A DNA stretch of 38,356 nucleotides, taken from IMG/VR virus record IMGVR_UViG_3300009154_000120, positions 1 to 38,356 of that record, one strand, 5' to 3'. The DNA comes from a virus. Lineage: Duplodnaviria > Caudoviricetes. A program made the position numbers and the translations under genes. The notes under the pieces are model-generated. The model made no database searches. It had not been told where the DNA came from and saw only the letters and a list, made by a program, of their open reading frames with translations. Positions 9,929 through 20,008 of the stretch are shown piece by piece. The first letter of the stretch is position 1. Each line of letters starts with the position of its first letter.

Positions 9929-11983
9929 TTAAAATTCTAGTACAAGTTTGACAACTTCTGTCTGATTAGCTTTACGTGTAATTGGATTTAGGTTTTCCAG
10001 ATAAAGGATTTCTCCACTGTCTGTGATCAATTCTCCATCGTATTTATTTGATACAATAAAGTATGAATTTGAAGTAAGACCTTTAATTGTGCCGTCACTT
10101 CCATAACTAGCAGTAAGGAATGAGTTCTTTACGTTAGTAACATACATTGTATCATCTAGACCACCAATACTATCAATAATAGAATGGAAGCTTGCTTGTG
10201 GCTGAGCAAATCCAGTAACCGCTTCTTGTGCAATTATTTCATCATCAATGAACCCAGCCTTACTCACACTACCAACAAACTTGGTTAGTTGATTAAATCC
10301 ACTAAACTCATCTGCATCTCTTTCGTTGATGAATACGAATGGACGTGCTATAGTATTAGCTGCCGCTGTGCAAAATGAATCTTGACCAATAATATTTGAA
10401 CCAATACTTAGATTTTTTGCTAATACATTTGTTAAATTCAAACTATTAAATGAATATGAAGAAACTTTTCCATATAATTCAGTTTCTGCTAAAGTAATAG
10501 AGCAATTAGACCCAGTAAAGTTTGAAGATGAACTGACCGTCATTATGCTATTAGAAGAAATTGAAGAAATAGTAGCAAAGAAGTTAGATGAACCATCATT
10601 GATAATAATTTGATCATTTGTTCTCAGTGCTTCTTCAAAGTTTACTCCTGAAGAATAAACAAGATTATTAGCAGCTACATTTACAGTTCCTGCTAATTTA
10701 ATTGGTTTATAGCGATAAACATTTTCACCAATAATAAATTGTCCGACAGTTTTTGTCATATCAAGAAGAATAGATACATTCGCAAATAATGGGTCTTTAA
10801 TTAAACCAATTGTTCTATAATCATTAGCAATTGATAAAGGTATTTCATCACCAATAAAATATGTATTAATTCCCACATACTTAGCAAATAGTTCATTGTT
10901 TATACTTATACCATGACCGCCTTCAGGTGAAAGAATAGTCCTCAAAGATGCCTCAATGGTAACAGGAACAATATCATTAACCTGAATAATAGCAATAGCC
11001 GAACGATACCCTGAACCAGAATTAAGTATTTCTACCTTACCAATAGAGTTGCCACTAGTAGGGTCAATAATCGCACGAGCATAACAGTCAGTGATCTTTG
11101 TGCCACTTGTGTCATAAATGAATACATTTGGATAAATTTCATATGTATCACCAACTTTAACAGTGCCGTTAAAGCTATTTTCTAAAGTAATAATCTTTTT
11201 ATTATTTTCAACATCAATCTGATAGTTTGTAATAACTCTATATTGGCCATTTGCTTCACCAGATGTAATTTTAATGATACATCCATTATAGAAATTATTA
11301 AGGCTGGATGCGCTCAAACCAATTCCATATAGTAGAGTATTTTCACCAATACGAACACTTTCAAACTCACCTTCAGGGATATAATTATCATAACCTTTAC
11401 CAGCATCAGTAATGCTGATGACATCAATTGCTCCTGACTTTGCACTAGCAGTAACTTTACTGTCAATGACTACAGGCATATAATCAATTGTTGAAAACTT
11501 ATTCATGGTATATTCATCAACAGAGAACATGTATTTCCAAATATAACCATCATTAGGAGTTTCAAATGCATCAGTATCTGTTCCATATGGTTCTACAGTT
11601 GATTTAGCGCCATTATTATTGAACAAACATTTATATACATAAGTATATGTGCCAGAATTGACAGCTACATAGAATTTTTTGTCTATTAGATTAGCATCAT
11701 CGTCATCATACATATCATAGACAGTATCAACCATCCAATCATAACGACGAATCATATTAGTCACATCATTGTACTTGACTTTTTTACCAAAAATCATATC
11801 ATTATAGATATTAATCTGTTCTTTTGTTGTGTCAGATGGCATAGGAATGATGACATCCCCATTTTCATAAGGAGTATGTCTTGCTGCAAAGACATAATAA
11901 CTCGACCCGCTTTGTATACTACGTACAAACGTTTCAGAGGTTTCGACATTGAGTTTTTTTGTAACAATTTGTTTTGTGATCAT
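9929..11983 (-). CDS. gp8: Baseplate wedge subunit gp8-like
   Basis: IRRYDW...YDMYDD, FYV...VYKCLFNNNG...DGYIWKYMF and C-terminal GEILYLEN-x-x-PITR-x-x-NQTE-x-VKLVLEF. Confidence 0.9.
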   Translation of the reverse strand: MITKQIVTKKLNVETSETFVRSIQSGSSYYVFAARHTPYENGDVIIPMPSDTTKEQINIYNDMIFGKKVKYNDVTNMIRRYDWMVDTVYDMYDDDDANLIDKKFYVAVNSGTYTYVYKCLFNNNGAKSTVEPYGTDTDAFETPNDGYIWKYMFSVDEYTMNKFSTIDYMPVVIDSKVTASAKSGAIDVISITDAGKGYDNYIPEGEFESVRIGENTLLYGIGLSASSLNNFYNGCIIKITSGEANGQYRVITNYQIDVENNKKIITLENSFNGTVKVGDTYEIYPNVFIYDTSGTKITDCYARAIIDPTSGNSIGKVEILNSGSGYRSAIAIIQVNDIVPVTIEASLRTILSPEGGHGISINNELFAKYVGINTYFIGDEIPLSIANDYRTIGLIKDPLFANVSILLDMTKTVGQFIIGENVYRYKPIKLAGTVNVAANNLVYSSGVNFEEALRTNDQIIINDGSSNFFATISSISSNSIMTVSSSSNFTGSNCSITLAETELYGKVSSYSFNSLNLTNVLAKNLSIGSNIIGQDSFCTAAANTIARPFVFINERDADEFSGFNQLTKFVGSVSKAGFIDDEIIAQEAVTGFAQPQASFHSIIDSIGGLDDTMYVTNVKNSFLTASYGSDGTIKGLTSNSYFIVSNKYDGELITDSGEILYLENLNPITRKANQTEVVKLVLEF

Positions 11984-11989
11984 AACTTA

Positions 11990-12026
11990 TATTTATGTCT
12001 CTTGTATTGGTTATAAGGTATTTATT
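11990..12026 (-). promoter_or_regulatory. Two T4-type late promoter motifs (AATAAATA 12019-12026; CATAAATA 11990-11997)
   Basis: TAAATA motifs in the gp7-gp8 intergenic gap. The second is very close to the ATG. Confidence 0.5.
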
Positions 12027-12033
12027 AGTGTAA

Positions 12034-15000
12034 TTAATCTCTAATTTCTATATATGAAGGACTATATGAAGGACTACGATCCTGAACATAGATATTTTTA
12101 CGATCTTGAATAGTCAATGGTGATACTGGTAGAATTTCAACTGATGAATTTGCGATTTTAACACTAGCATTTGAAACAGTATCAATAACGACTGTACCAA
12201 AGAAACGAGTACCAGCAGTATGCATAACCTTTTTAAACATATCAGCATATTTGTCTATCGGTAATCTTGACATGATATCATATGAGTATTCCTGATAATA
12301 ATCACCATCATGAATTTTTGATATGTTGCTTAGAAACCCTTTAGAAGTCTTGTAATATCCACTACCAGTACCAGCGCCTTTGACAATAGCACGTGCAGTG
12401 CCTGATCGTATTCCATCCTCAGAGGTAAAAATTAGCGTCTGATTATTGGAATATCCATAGCCAGAATCTACCACTTGTAATGCCGTTACAACTCCTTTTG
12501 CGCTAAAGGTAGAGCCGTCGATTTTTGAATTGAATCCTATTTGGGAGCTATCATCAAATTCTTGGACCTCAATTAAAGTTGAAGTCACGCCAGATGATTT
12601 TCCTGTCAAGGTTTTATTTAATTCAAATTTATTATTAAATTGCTGTCTTTTAACATAAATTGTGTTAGCACTTACTCCAAATACCAATCCTTTGGCAACA
12701 GTTGGGACTGTAATAGATGCAACATTTAATACTCGTGTCGTGCTTGTTGGTGAACTATAGCTATATAGAGCACCTCCAGACGCAACATTAAATGCTCCAT
12801 TTGATGCCTGATTAACAACAATGACATTTGATGTGGGATAATTAACTGAATATACAGTACCAACAGCACCTGATATAAATTGAAATATTTTTTCCCCAAC
12901 TCTAAAAACTTGTGGATTTATAACTTCTATATTATAACGTAAATCGGGAATTGATTGTTGTACTTGCTCACCAACAATATATGGATTGGTAGCATCTTTT
13001 ACGGTAAAAATATAATCTTTATAATTATAATTAGCAATATATGGCTGATATGCTCTTACAACAGGAGGAGTAGCATAATTAAGGCCAGGGTTAATATCAG
13101 ATAATGTGCTAATAGTACCAATAGAAAGATTGGCAAAACTCATGCATGAAAAAATTGATGATGATACATTTCCGCTTGGTTTTTGTTTAAAACCAAAATT
13201 TTGTGAATTTAACTGAATTGAAGAAAATGATTGATTAGCTCCAGCAATAGGATAATTATTGCTTCCAATTAAATTAGAATTTATTTGAATTGTTTCTGCT
13301 TCTGTGATACTGCCAATTTTAAATGAAGCGCCACTTCCACTAGAAATAGAGACTATATCAGAAATAGTGCCTGTCTGACTTCCAACGAGTTTTGAAAGTT
13401 TAGAGACATTATATTTATTTTGTGTATCGTATACAGATACAAAAAAACTTACATTTGTAACAATAGCAGAAGTTTCTGGTTTATTCACTACACTTAATGG
13501 CATACCATTCTTAAAAAATCCTGACATATTGGATAATCCCAGAATTCCATTAGTAGTATTTAAATCAATTCGTGTAATTTTTGCTCGGCCAATTTCAATC
13601 CCTTCATTATTAAGCTGATATATTTCATCATAATTATTAATAATACCCAAAATATTACTAATATTCATGGTAGCGATACCAGAAATATCAAGCACCGACC
13701 CCGAAGCAGAAGTATCCTGTGACTGTGAAACAGTAGCTACTATTGATGGGTTATTAGTTTGACGAATTTTATTACCAACAGATGTAGTATGGTTATTAGA
13801 TACTACCATGACAATCTGTCCATTACTATAGACATTTACACGATTTTCAATAATTTCACCAAAAGCAAGTAAATTATTAGTGCTACTGACAATGCTTATT
13901 ACATCCCCAACAGCAAATTGTGATCCATCAGCAATACCAGTATATTCAATAGTAGCACGATTTTGCTTTAGGTCTTCAAATACTTTATAATATCCGCTTA
14001 TGTATGATTCTTTGAATAATGGGGTTAAAGAAGCCCTAACTCCACGTTCTGAATTAAATTCAATATTATAATTATTGCCAAAAAATCCGCCACTCTGAAA
14101 CATCAGAGCGGTCGTTGTGACTCTTCCCCCAGCATCTGTAATAGGTCTAAATTTAGCATAACCATATGTAGATTTGATTATAATAAAATCATTGTTACTA
14201 TAAAAACGACCCTGATTGGTGATTATAATATCACCGACTGAGTTTGATGTTGTTACATTAGAAACTAAAATTGTATTATCTGTGATTAGAGATTGTGTTC
14301 TGTTTAATGCCTCATCGCCAGTAATCTCATGTGATACAGAATAACCATATCCACCTTCTAGTAGAATAAATTCAACAACACCACGTTCATCATCAAAAAC
14401 TGAAGCAACACGTGCCTGTCCATAGTCACCAGTTTCTGTTACGAATGATACAATATCACCAACAGCAAACTCTTTTGACCCTGTAATAACATCGACAGAA
14501 GTTAATGACCCTAAAACACGTGGAGAATCAGAAAAAGGAGTTTCACTCTTACGATATATTGTTTCACGATTTTCAAATTCACCCTGAACATTTGACAGAT
14601 AGAGAATGTGAACAAACCCGTTATTGACTTTTCTTTTGATATATCGTTCAACAAATGCTTCAGCGCCAGAAGTAATGCCTCTGACTAATGTACCGACAAG
14701 TGTTACCGCTCTCTGTGGATTACTACCAGTAATTTCCAAATATTGTGGCTTTACCCATTTGCTTTCAGATGGCTTGAATAGATTATCACCAGGGTAAACT
14801 ACCTGACTATTATATCCATATACTAGACGAAAGAATAGATCAATTGAGCGAGAAGTGCCCTTAGAACGATATAGATCAAGAGAGTTCTTGACCAACATAC
14901 GTTTATTTGATTGAGTATCAAATTCAATATTTTTTAAATATTTTTCTTTGAATTGAGTGATGAATAGATCAAGTGTGGTATCAATATCACGAATATTTGA

Positions 15001-15378
15001 TAGATTGCGTGACAAGAAGATATTGCCCAATCTCTTAGTTGCACCGCCCCTTAGAATATATGTATTTCCACCGCTTGAACTTGTTATTGGAATAAGTTCT
15101 GAGCAAATATTAAAGCATTTAAAAGTTTCTAGCCCATCAACCTTGACAAGAATATCAGCCCCAACATAAGCAACAACTGTACCAGTAACATTATCTTGTG
15201 TAACAACATCACCAACATTAAAATTGGCCATGTCTTCTAACTGAAGAAGTTGATGATTAGTTTCTAGCCATTCATAATAAGCTTTAACAAATGCAATAAA
15301 ATTCTGTCCCTCATCCTTATAAAAGGATGGAAACATACTCTCAATTAATGGGGATATCTTTTGTTCAATATCTTGCAT
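12034..15378 (-). CDS. gp7: Baseplate wedge initiator gp7-like
   Basis: FIAFVKAYYEWLE, LYRSKGT-x-x-S-x-x-LFFRL-x-YG and C-terminal KIHDGDYYQEYSY...H-x-AG-x-x-FFG; lies between gp6 and gp8. Confidence 0.85.
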   Translation of the reverse strand: MQDIEQKISPLIESMFPSFYKDEGQNFIAFVKAYYEWLETNHQLLQLEDMANFNVGDVVTQDNVTGTVVAYVGADILVKVDGLETFKCFNICSELIPITSSSGGNTYILRGGATKRLGNIFLSRNLSNIRDIDTTLDLFITQFKEKYLKNIEFDTQSNKRMLVKNSLDLYRSKGTSRSIDLFFRLVYGYNSQVVYPGDNLFKPSESKWVKPQYLEITGSNPQRAVTLVGTLVRGITSGAEAFVERYIKRKVNNGFVHILYLSNVQGEFENRETIYRKSETPFSDSPRVLGSLTSVDVITGSKEFAVGDIVSFVTETGDYGQARVASVFDDERGVVEFILLEGGYGYSVSHEITGDEALNRTQSLITDNTILVSNVTTSNSVGDIIITNQGRFYSNNDFIIIKSTYGYAKFRPITDAGGRVTTTALMFQSGGFFGNNYNIEFNSERGVRASLTPLFKESYISGYYKVFEDLKQNRATIEYTGIADGSQFAVGDVISIVSSTNNLLAFGEIIENRVNVYSNGQIVMVVSNNHTTSVGNKIRQTNNPSIVATVSQSQDTSASGSVLDISGIATMNISNILGIINNYDEIYQLNNEGIEIGRAKITRIDLNTTNGILGLSNMSGFFKNGMPLSVVNKPETSAIVTNVSFFVSVYDTQNKYNVSKLSKLVGSQTGTISDIVSISSGSGASFKIGSITEAETIQINSNLIGSNNYPIAGANQSFSSIQLNSQNFGFKQKPSGNVSSSIFSCMSFANLSIGTISTLSDINPGLNYATPPVVRAYQPYIANYNYKDYIFTVKDATNPYIVGEQVQQSIPDLRYNIEVINPQVFRVGEKIFQFISGAVGTVYSVNYPTSNVIVVNQASNGAFNVASGGALYSYSSPTSTTRVLNVASITVPTVAKGLVFGVSANTIYVKRQQFNNKFELNKTLTGKSSGVTSTLIEVQEFDDSSQIGFNSKIDGSTFSAKGVVTALQVVDSGYGYSNNQTLIFTSEDGIRSGTARAIVKGAGTGSGYYKTSKGFLSNISKIHDGDYYQEYSYDIMSRLPIDKYADMFKKVMHTAGTRFFGTVVIDTVSNASVKIANSSVEILPVSPLTIQDRKNIYVQDRSPSYSPSYIEIRD

Positions 15379-15381
15379 TCA

Positions 15382-17169
15382 TTATGCCCTAACAGCGACT
15401 GCGTTTACTTCAATGTCTTCTTCAATGATATTTAGAATAACATTATTTATGGTTGAAATATCTTTGTGCTTTGGTGACGCATAGATTTTAATACCAGAAC
15501 CATCATAAGAATCTATTTTAAAATTAGAAAACTGTAATAATCCCGTAGTATAATCAATCTTTCCGACAGTATCAATAAACTGTCCAGATGAAGCTGAATA
15601 TACTTGAATAGCACTAATGCCATCATCTTTAAGAATGACCTTATTATTTCGATAGTTAAATACGCTTGAAGAAATTGAATACCCTCTTCCGTCTGCGCTA
15701 TAAATGATCCCCAACGGAATGCGGAAATTGACATCAAATGTCAATGAAGTTCCAGTATTTGGTATGATTAATTTAATAACATTGATATCAGTGTCATTAG
15801 AAATAATTGATGCCTGAGAACTATCAATCGAATGTACTAGTTTAGAATAACGGAAAATGCGATTAAAGTTATTCAGATTTTGTAAAGCATAATCAATGAT
15901 AGCTGACTTTGTGATTGTCTTAATATCTTCTGTTGTCAGACGAGTAATATTTACGTTATAATTGACATTTGATTTAACCTGAATGTATGTGTATTCAGGA
16001 TCGACAAATACTGGATCAATAGAAACGGGTGAACGTGGTTTTAAGAAGTTATAATACTGATCTATTTTTACCTGTGGTAGACGATCAACTTCCTTAAGGT
16101 CAACAGCAACAAATACTTTACCAAATTGTGGTGGAGTAAGGTTTTCTCCTCCATATGCAGTAACAGCATTGACTTCAGGAAAATTAATCTTCAGTAATGT
16201 TTCATAGTCTTCAGTAGTAATTGCACGTTCTTGTGTATTAAAGTGTCGTGGAGCATTATATTTAATTGATTCAAGATTTTCACTTACTGCACCGCCAGAA
16301 GCACTCTGATTAGTAGTCACCGTAATTTTTGTTTCATCATCAATTGTTGTATCAGGTGTGAATGTATTACACCCATTAGGTAGTTCGCCATTAGATACAC
16401 GATACTCAACAGTAATTACTGAATTGTTCTTTGGCATTCTACCATTTATACCATCACCAAATACTATTTCATAACTGTCATTTTCTGCACCTTGTACAAA
16501 GAATACTTGTGAAGAAGAGTTAAGATCAAATAATGATTGTGCTCTATTATATACTAGAATTGTTGCGCCAACATCTTCAATTACAGTAACAGTAATAGAT
16601 GATATATCAACATTCTTATTAGATATAATAAAACGTTGTGGATTGTCTGATGAATATGTATAGTTGTCTGCTACATAATATCCTTCATAGATAGGAATAT
16701 TAGTGCCCGTAAAAGTTAATTGTGTGCGATCAGCATTCTGTGTATAATTGGAAATAATGATATTTTCAGCAGTAGAAAATACAAAGTTTTTAGGTCCAAA
16801 ACGTGAAGTGAATGTATAACCTTTTGGAATGACCACTGAACGCTTATTAATTACATCACTAATAACACTAACATTTACATTAGCTTGTGCAGATGTGAAA
16901 GAACGTGGAGTGTAATTAAGTTCTTTGGCATGAGATACTACGCTATCACGAAGCTGAGCAGAATCAAGAAACATCTCACTGCCAATCATGTTTAGATAAA
17001 AGGCATTGTGAAATGTATTATATGATAAAATATCAAGCAGAACAGACATGTTGCTGCCATCAAAATCATAATCTTTAAATCTATCCTGTGTTTTTAGATA
17101 CGATTTGAACGTATTCTTGATCGTATCAAAGTCAAGACTTGATAGAACAATTGAAGAATTAGCTGACAT
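15382..17169 (-). CDS. gp6: Baseplate wedge subunit gp6
   Basis: LDFD-x-IK...F-x-DYDFDGSNMSVLLDILSYNT...EMFLDSAQLRDSVVSHAKELNYTPRS; QERAITTEDY. Confidence 0.95.
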   Translation of the reverse strand: MSANSSIVLSSLDFDTIKNTFKSYLKTQDRFKDYDFDGSNMSVLLDILSYNTFHNAFYLNMIGSEMFLDSAQLRDSVVSHAKELNYTPRSFTSAQANVNVSVISDVINKRSVVIPKGYTFTSRFGPKNFVFSTAENIIISNYTQNADRTQLTFTGTNIPIYEGYYVADNYTYSSDNPQRFIISNKNVDISSITVTVIEDVGATILVYNRAQSLFDLNSSSQVFFVQGAENDSYEIVFGDGINGRMPKNNSVITVEYRVSNGELPNGCNTFTPDTTIDDETKITVTTNQSASGGAVSENLESIKYNAPRHFNTQERAITTEDYETLLKINFPEVNAVTAYGGENLTPPQFGKVFVAVDLKEVDRLPQVKIDQYYNFLKPRSPVSIDPVFVDPEYTYIQVKSNVNYNVNITRLTTEDIKTITKSAIIDYALQNLNNFNRIFRYSKLVHSIDSSQASIISNDTDINVIKLIIPNTGTSLTFDVNFRIPLGIIYSADGRGYSISSSVFNYRNNKVILKDDGISAIQVYSASSGQFIDTVGKIDYTTGLLQFSNFKIDSYDGSGIKIYASPKHKDISTINNVILNIIEEDIEVNAVAVRA

Positions 17170-17591
17170 TACCTGATCCTGTCGAGTGCAATATTAAATG
17201 AAATTGGGTCTTGTTTATTTATAACCATCACTACGATGCTTACGATATAACGATGATTTTCTTCATCTGATATGACGTTTACTGAAATAACTTTTGCACG
17301 TGGCTCAAAATTTTTAATTGTTTCTTGTACAAATATAGAAATATTTTGTGAAGTTTCTGAACTGATCGGCTCAAACAACATTTTGTAAATGTTAGTGCCA
17401 ATAGTTGGTTGATATAGACGATCAAACTTATTAGTAAGTAAAAGATTGCGAATAGAACGAATAACTGCATTCTCATTAGTATACTTAACAATATCTCCCG
17501 AAACAGGATGTGGATTTAGATCAGTAAGAAAGTCACTATATGTTTGACTTTCTCTATTCATTGATGCAAATCTATCTGGTGTTTTAACCAT
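17169..17591 (-). CDS. gp25: Baseplate wedge subunit gp25
   Basis: NENAVIRSIRNLLLTN-x-x-DR-x-YQP-x-IG...LFEP...I-x-NFEPRA. Confidence 0.92.
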   Translation of the reverse strand: MVKTPDRFASMNRESQTYSDFLTDLNPHPVSGDIVKYTNENAVIRSIRNLLLTNKFDRLYQPTIGTNIYKMLFEPISSETSQNISIFVQETIKNFEPRAKVISVNVISDEENHRYIVSIVVMVINKQDPISFNIALDRIR

Positions 17592-17602
17592 TTGTTCTCT
17601 CT

Positions 17603-19108
17603 TTATGGAATTGTTACTGGATCAGAATCAATCGCCAGTGTGTAACGAGCAGACGAAGCAATTACTTTACATTTAATTTGTCTTCCAATATCACTATACG
17701 TTATTACATATGAATTGTTAGATGATGATACCATATCAGTTCCTCTGAACCACTGATAATCATATTTGGTGGGAGTAAAACCTGTCCATACGCCTGTTGA
17801 ACATTGTAATGTGCTACCAACTGATAGCGAACCAGAGATAACTGGTAAATTAGCAGCAGGAACGCTATAAACAACAGGACCAACCTCATTTGACTTGACT
17901 TCAATATAACCAGCCTTATTCTCACCAACCACCTGACAATAGATATTAAGATCAATGTCATCAATAGATGGTGAATAAGTGAATGAGTTGGCATTGTAGA
18001 TTGGATTGCCTTCACGATACCACTGAGCACTGTATGTCATAGCAGCATTGCTTGTCCATACGCCTGTGTTGCAGGTTACAGTATTACCAACAATAGCATA
18101 ACCTGAAGCAACTGGTAATTCATCATTCACTGGTGGAAGAGTATTAACAAACTCTTCGTTCTGAGCTTTATAGGTTTCAAATGCACCACTGTTAACACTT
18201 GCTTCAAAGTTCTCTAGGCTATCAGTAGCAATCGCAGGTGGTATGCCTGTGATGCCCTGCATTTGTGTCTGTGCCTGAGAAATCTGTCCAAGGCTATTAT
18301 TAGCATCACCAACGAGTGTATTCTTTAATTCTTTAGCGGCCTTCAGAGTATCTTCAACTAAATTAAAAGCAGTAACAGCATCTCCAAGAGCCTGAATTCC
18401 AGAAGCACCAATACCCTGACAAATGAATTTTGCAATAGCTCCAGAAATCTTTTTTTCAAGTGTTTTTACAGCTTGATTAATTTCATTCTTAAGGTCTGCC
18501 TTAGTTTCTTGGTAAATCTGTATAGCACATGCCTTTAGTCTAGGTATTACTTCTTCAACTGCTTTAATTAGTTCAGTGACTGCTTTAATTAATCCAAGTA
18601 TTTCTACTGTATATTTGATAAAGGCTTCAAGCTGTGGAATGACTGTACCAGTAACAAACCTACCCAACCACTTGACAATACCCCAAGGCGTAGGACTTGG
18701 CAATGATGTAATAGGTAAATATTGTTTTAAAAGTTCTAATTGTTCTTTAACCGCTGCCTTTGCAGCTTTTTTAATATCATCTAAATGTTGCTTGACAATA
18801 AGTTTAAGAGCATCACAATCAACAGTTGATCTAATCTGTTGTGTTAGTTCTTTAATACGTTTTGTATTAACAACCAACGTATCTTCTTGATTGATTTCAA
18901 TCTTGTTATTAATTTTATCTGCACATGGATTAGGAAAATCATCAATAGTTGGTGGCGGCAACTTTGGCACTTCTATTTGAGCAATTAATGCTTCAAGATT
19001 TACTTCATTAACAGTTGCAATAGGTGCAACTGACCCAATAGACCCTAAGTCATTGAGAAGTGATGATGGTCCAGCGCCTGTTTGTGGTGGCATACTTGCC
19101 ATATTCAA
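17603..19108 (-). CDS. Virion-associated protein: helical N-terminal part plus two C-terminal Ig-like repeats
   Basis: Two repeats: LPVASGYAIVGNTVTCNTGVW...YSAQWYR and LPVISGSLSVGSTLQCSTGVW...YDYQWFR, each ending D-I-x-x-x-I-x-C-x-V. Confidence 0.7.
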   Translation of the reverse strand: MNMASMPPQTGAGPSSLLNDLGSIGSVAPIATVNEVNLEALIAQIEVPKLPPPTIDDFPNPCADKINNKIEINQEDTLVVNTKRIKELTQQIRSTVDCDALKLIVKQHLDDIKKAAKAAVKEQLELLKQYLPITSLPSPTPWGIVKWLGRFVTGTVIPQLEAFIKYTVEILGLIKAVTELIKAVEEVIPRLKACAIQIYQETKADLKNEINQAVKTLEKKISGAIAKFICQGIGASGIQALGDAVTAFNLVEDTLKAAKELKNTLVGDANNSLGQISQAQTQMQGITGIPPAIATDSLENFEASVNSGAFETYKAQNEEFVNTLPPVNDELPVASGYAIVGNTVTCNTGVWTSNAAMTYSAQWYREGNPIYNANSFTYSPSIDDIDLNIYCQVVGENKAGYIEVKSNEVGPVVYSVPAANLPVISGSLSVGSTLQCSTGVWTGFTPTKYDYQWFRGTDMVSSSNNSYVITYSDIGRQIKCKVIASSARYTLAIDSDPVTIP

Positions 19109-19111
19109 TCC

Positions 19112-20008
19112 TTAACCAATTTTTGTTACTACGCCCTTATTGACATGTACTGTTTTACCAGAAGGCGTTGAAAATGTTTGTGTAACTCCAGTAGCCATTG
19201 ATACAGTACCAATGGTAGTAAAGCTTCCTTCAGTCTGAATAAGACCGCCGGGTGATTTAATATTGATACTTGTGCCAGAATTAATATTCACGCCAAGAGC
19301 ACCATTGATACTAATCTTTCCAGCAGAACCTAATAGAATATCACCTTCGCCAGTAATCTTTGTTGTGCCTTGTACAATAGAATTTAAATTGCCTTTTACC
19401 TGAATGTTTGCATTGCCTTCGATATGTATGTTTTTATTCTTACCGACAATTTCAAAGCTATCATCAACACTTTTAATAATCATACGTCCATCTTTATTTA
19501 TTTCGACATATGAACCCTTGTTATGACGAATATGAAGTCTTTCATTATCTGGGGTATCATCGATTTCAATAATATGCCCAGAACGAGTAACAATTGCTCT
19601 ATTGTATGGATATTTGGCAGCATAAGATGATTCTGGTTCATTACCAATTTTATTATTGACAACAGTCTGTTTTTCTCTAGCAAGAAATGGCACAGAATTT
19701 TGGTTCTCATCCTCCCCTGGCAAATAAGGAATTGTGCCCAAAATCATTGGATACTTCTTTGCAGCACCATCCATAAAGAAACCAAATACAAATGAACCTG
19801 CTAGCAAGCCAGGCGTATCGCCAATTCCTTTAACGCCACCACTAGTTGTAGGCATCATTACAATAGCATCAGGAAGCCTCTCAGTAGCTAAATCCTCATG
19901 AATACCAAAGGCACGTACCTTAACACCACCAAGCTTCATCGTATCTGTTGTATTATCTTCTACAACGCCAACAAACCAATAAAAACCAGATTGTCCCATT
20001 TTAAACAT
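19112..20008 (-). CDS. gp5: Baseplate hub / central spike gp5 (OB-fold plus beta-helix; no lysozyme domain)
   Basis: WFVGVVED...LG-x-VKVR-x-FG-x-H...VFGFFMDG...P-x-ILG; YPYN...TRSGHIIEIDDTPDNER; 8-residue beta-helix repeats. Confidence 0.92.
   Translation of the reverse strand: MFKMGQSGFYWFVGVVEDNTTDTMKLGGVKVRAFGIHEDLATERLPDAIVMMPTTSGGVKGIGDTPGLLAGSFVFGFFMDGAAKKYPMILGTIPYLPGEDENQNSVPFLAREKQTVVNNKIGNEPESSYAAKYPYNRAIVTRSGHIIEIDDTPDNERLHIRHNKGSYVEINKDGRMIIKSVDDSFEIVGKNKNIHIEGNANIQVKGNLNSIVQGTTKITGEGDILLGSAGKISINGALGVNINSGTSINIKSPGGLIQTEGSFTTIGTVSMATGVTQTFSTPSGKTVHVNKGVVTKIG

Noticed and set aside
12051-12076. 12-bp tandem duplication at the gp7 3' end (SPSYSPSY)
   Set aside because: Two copies only, in frame; likely neutral slippage.
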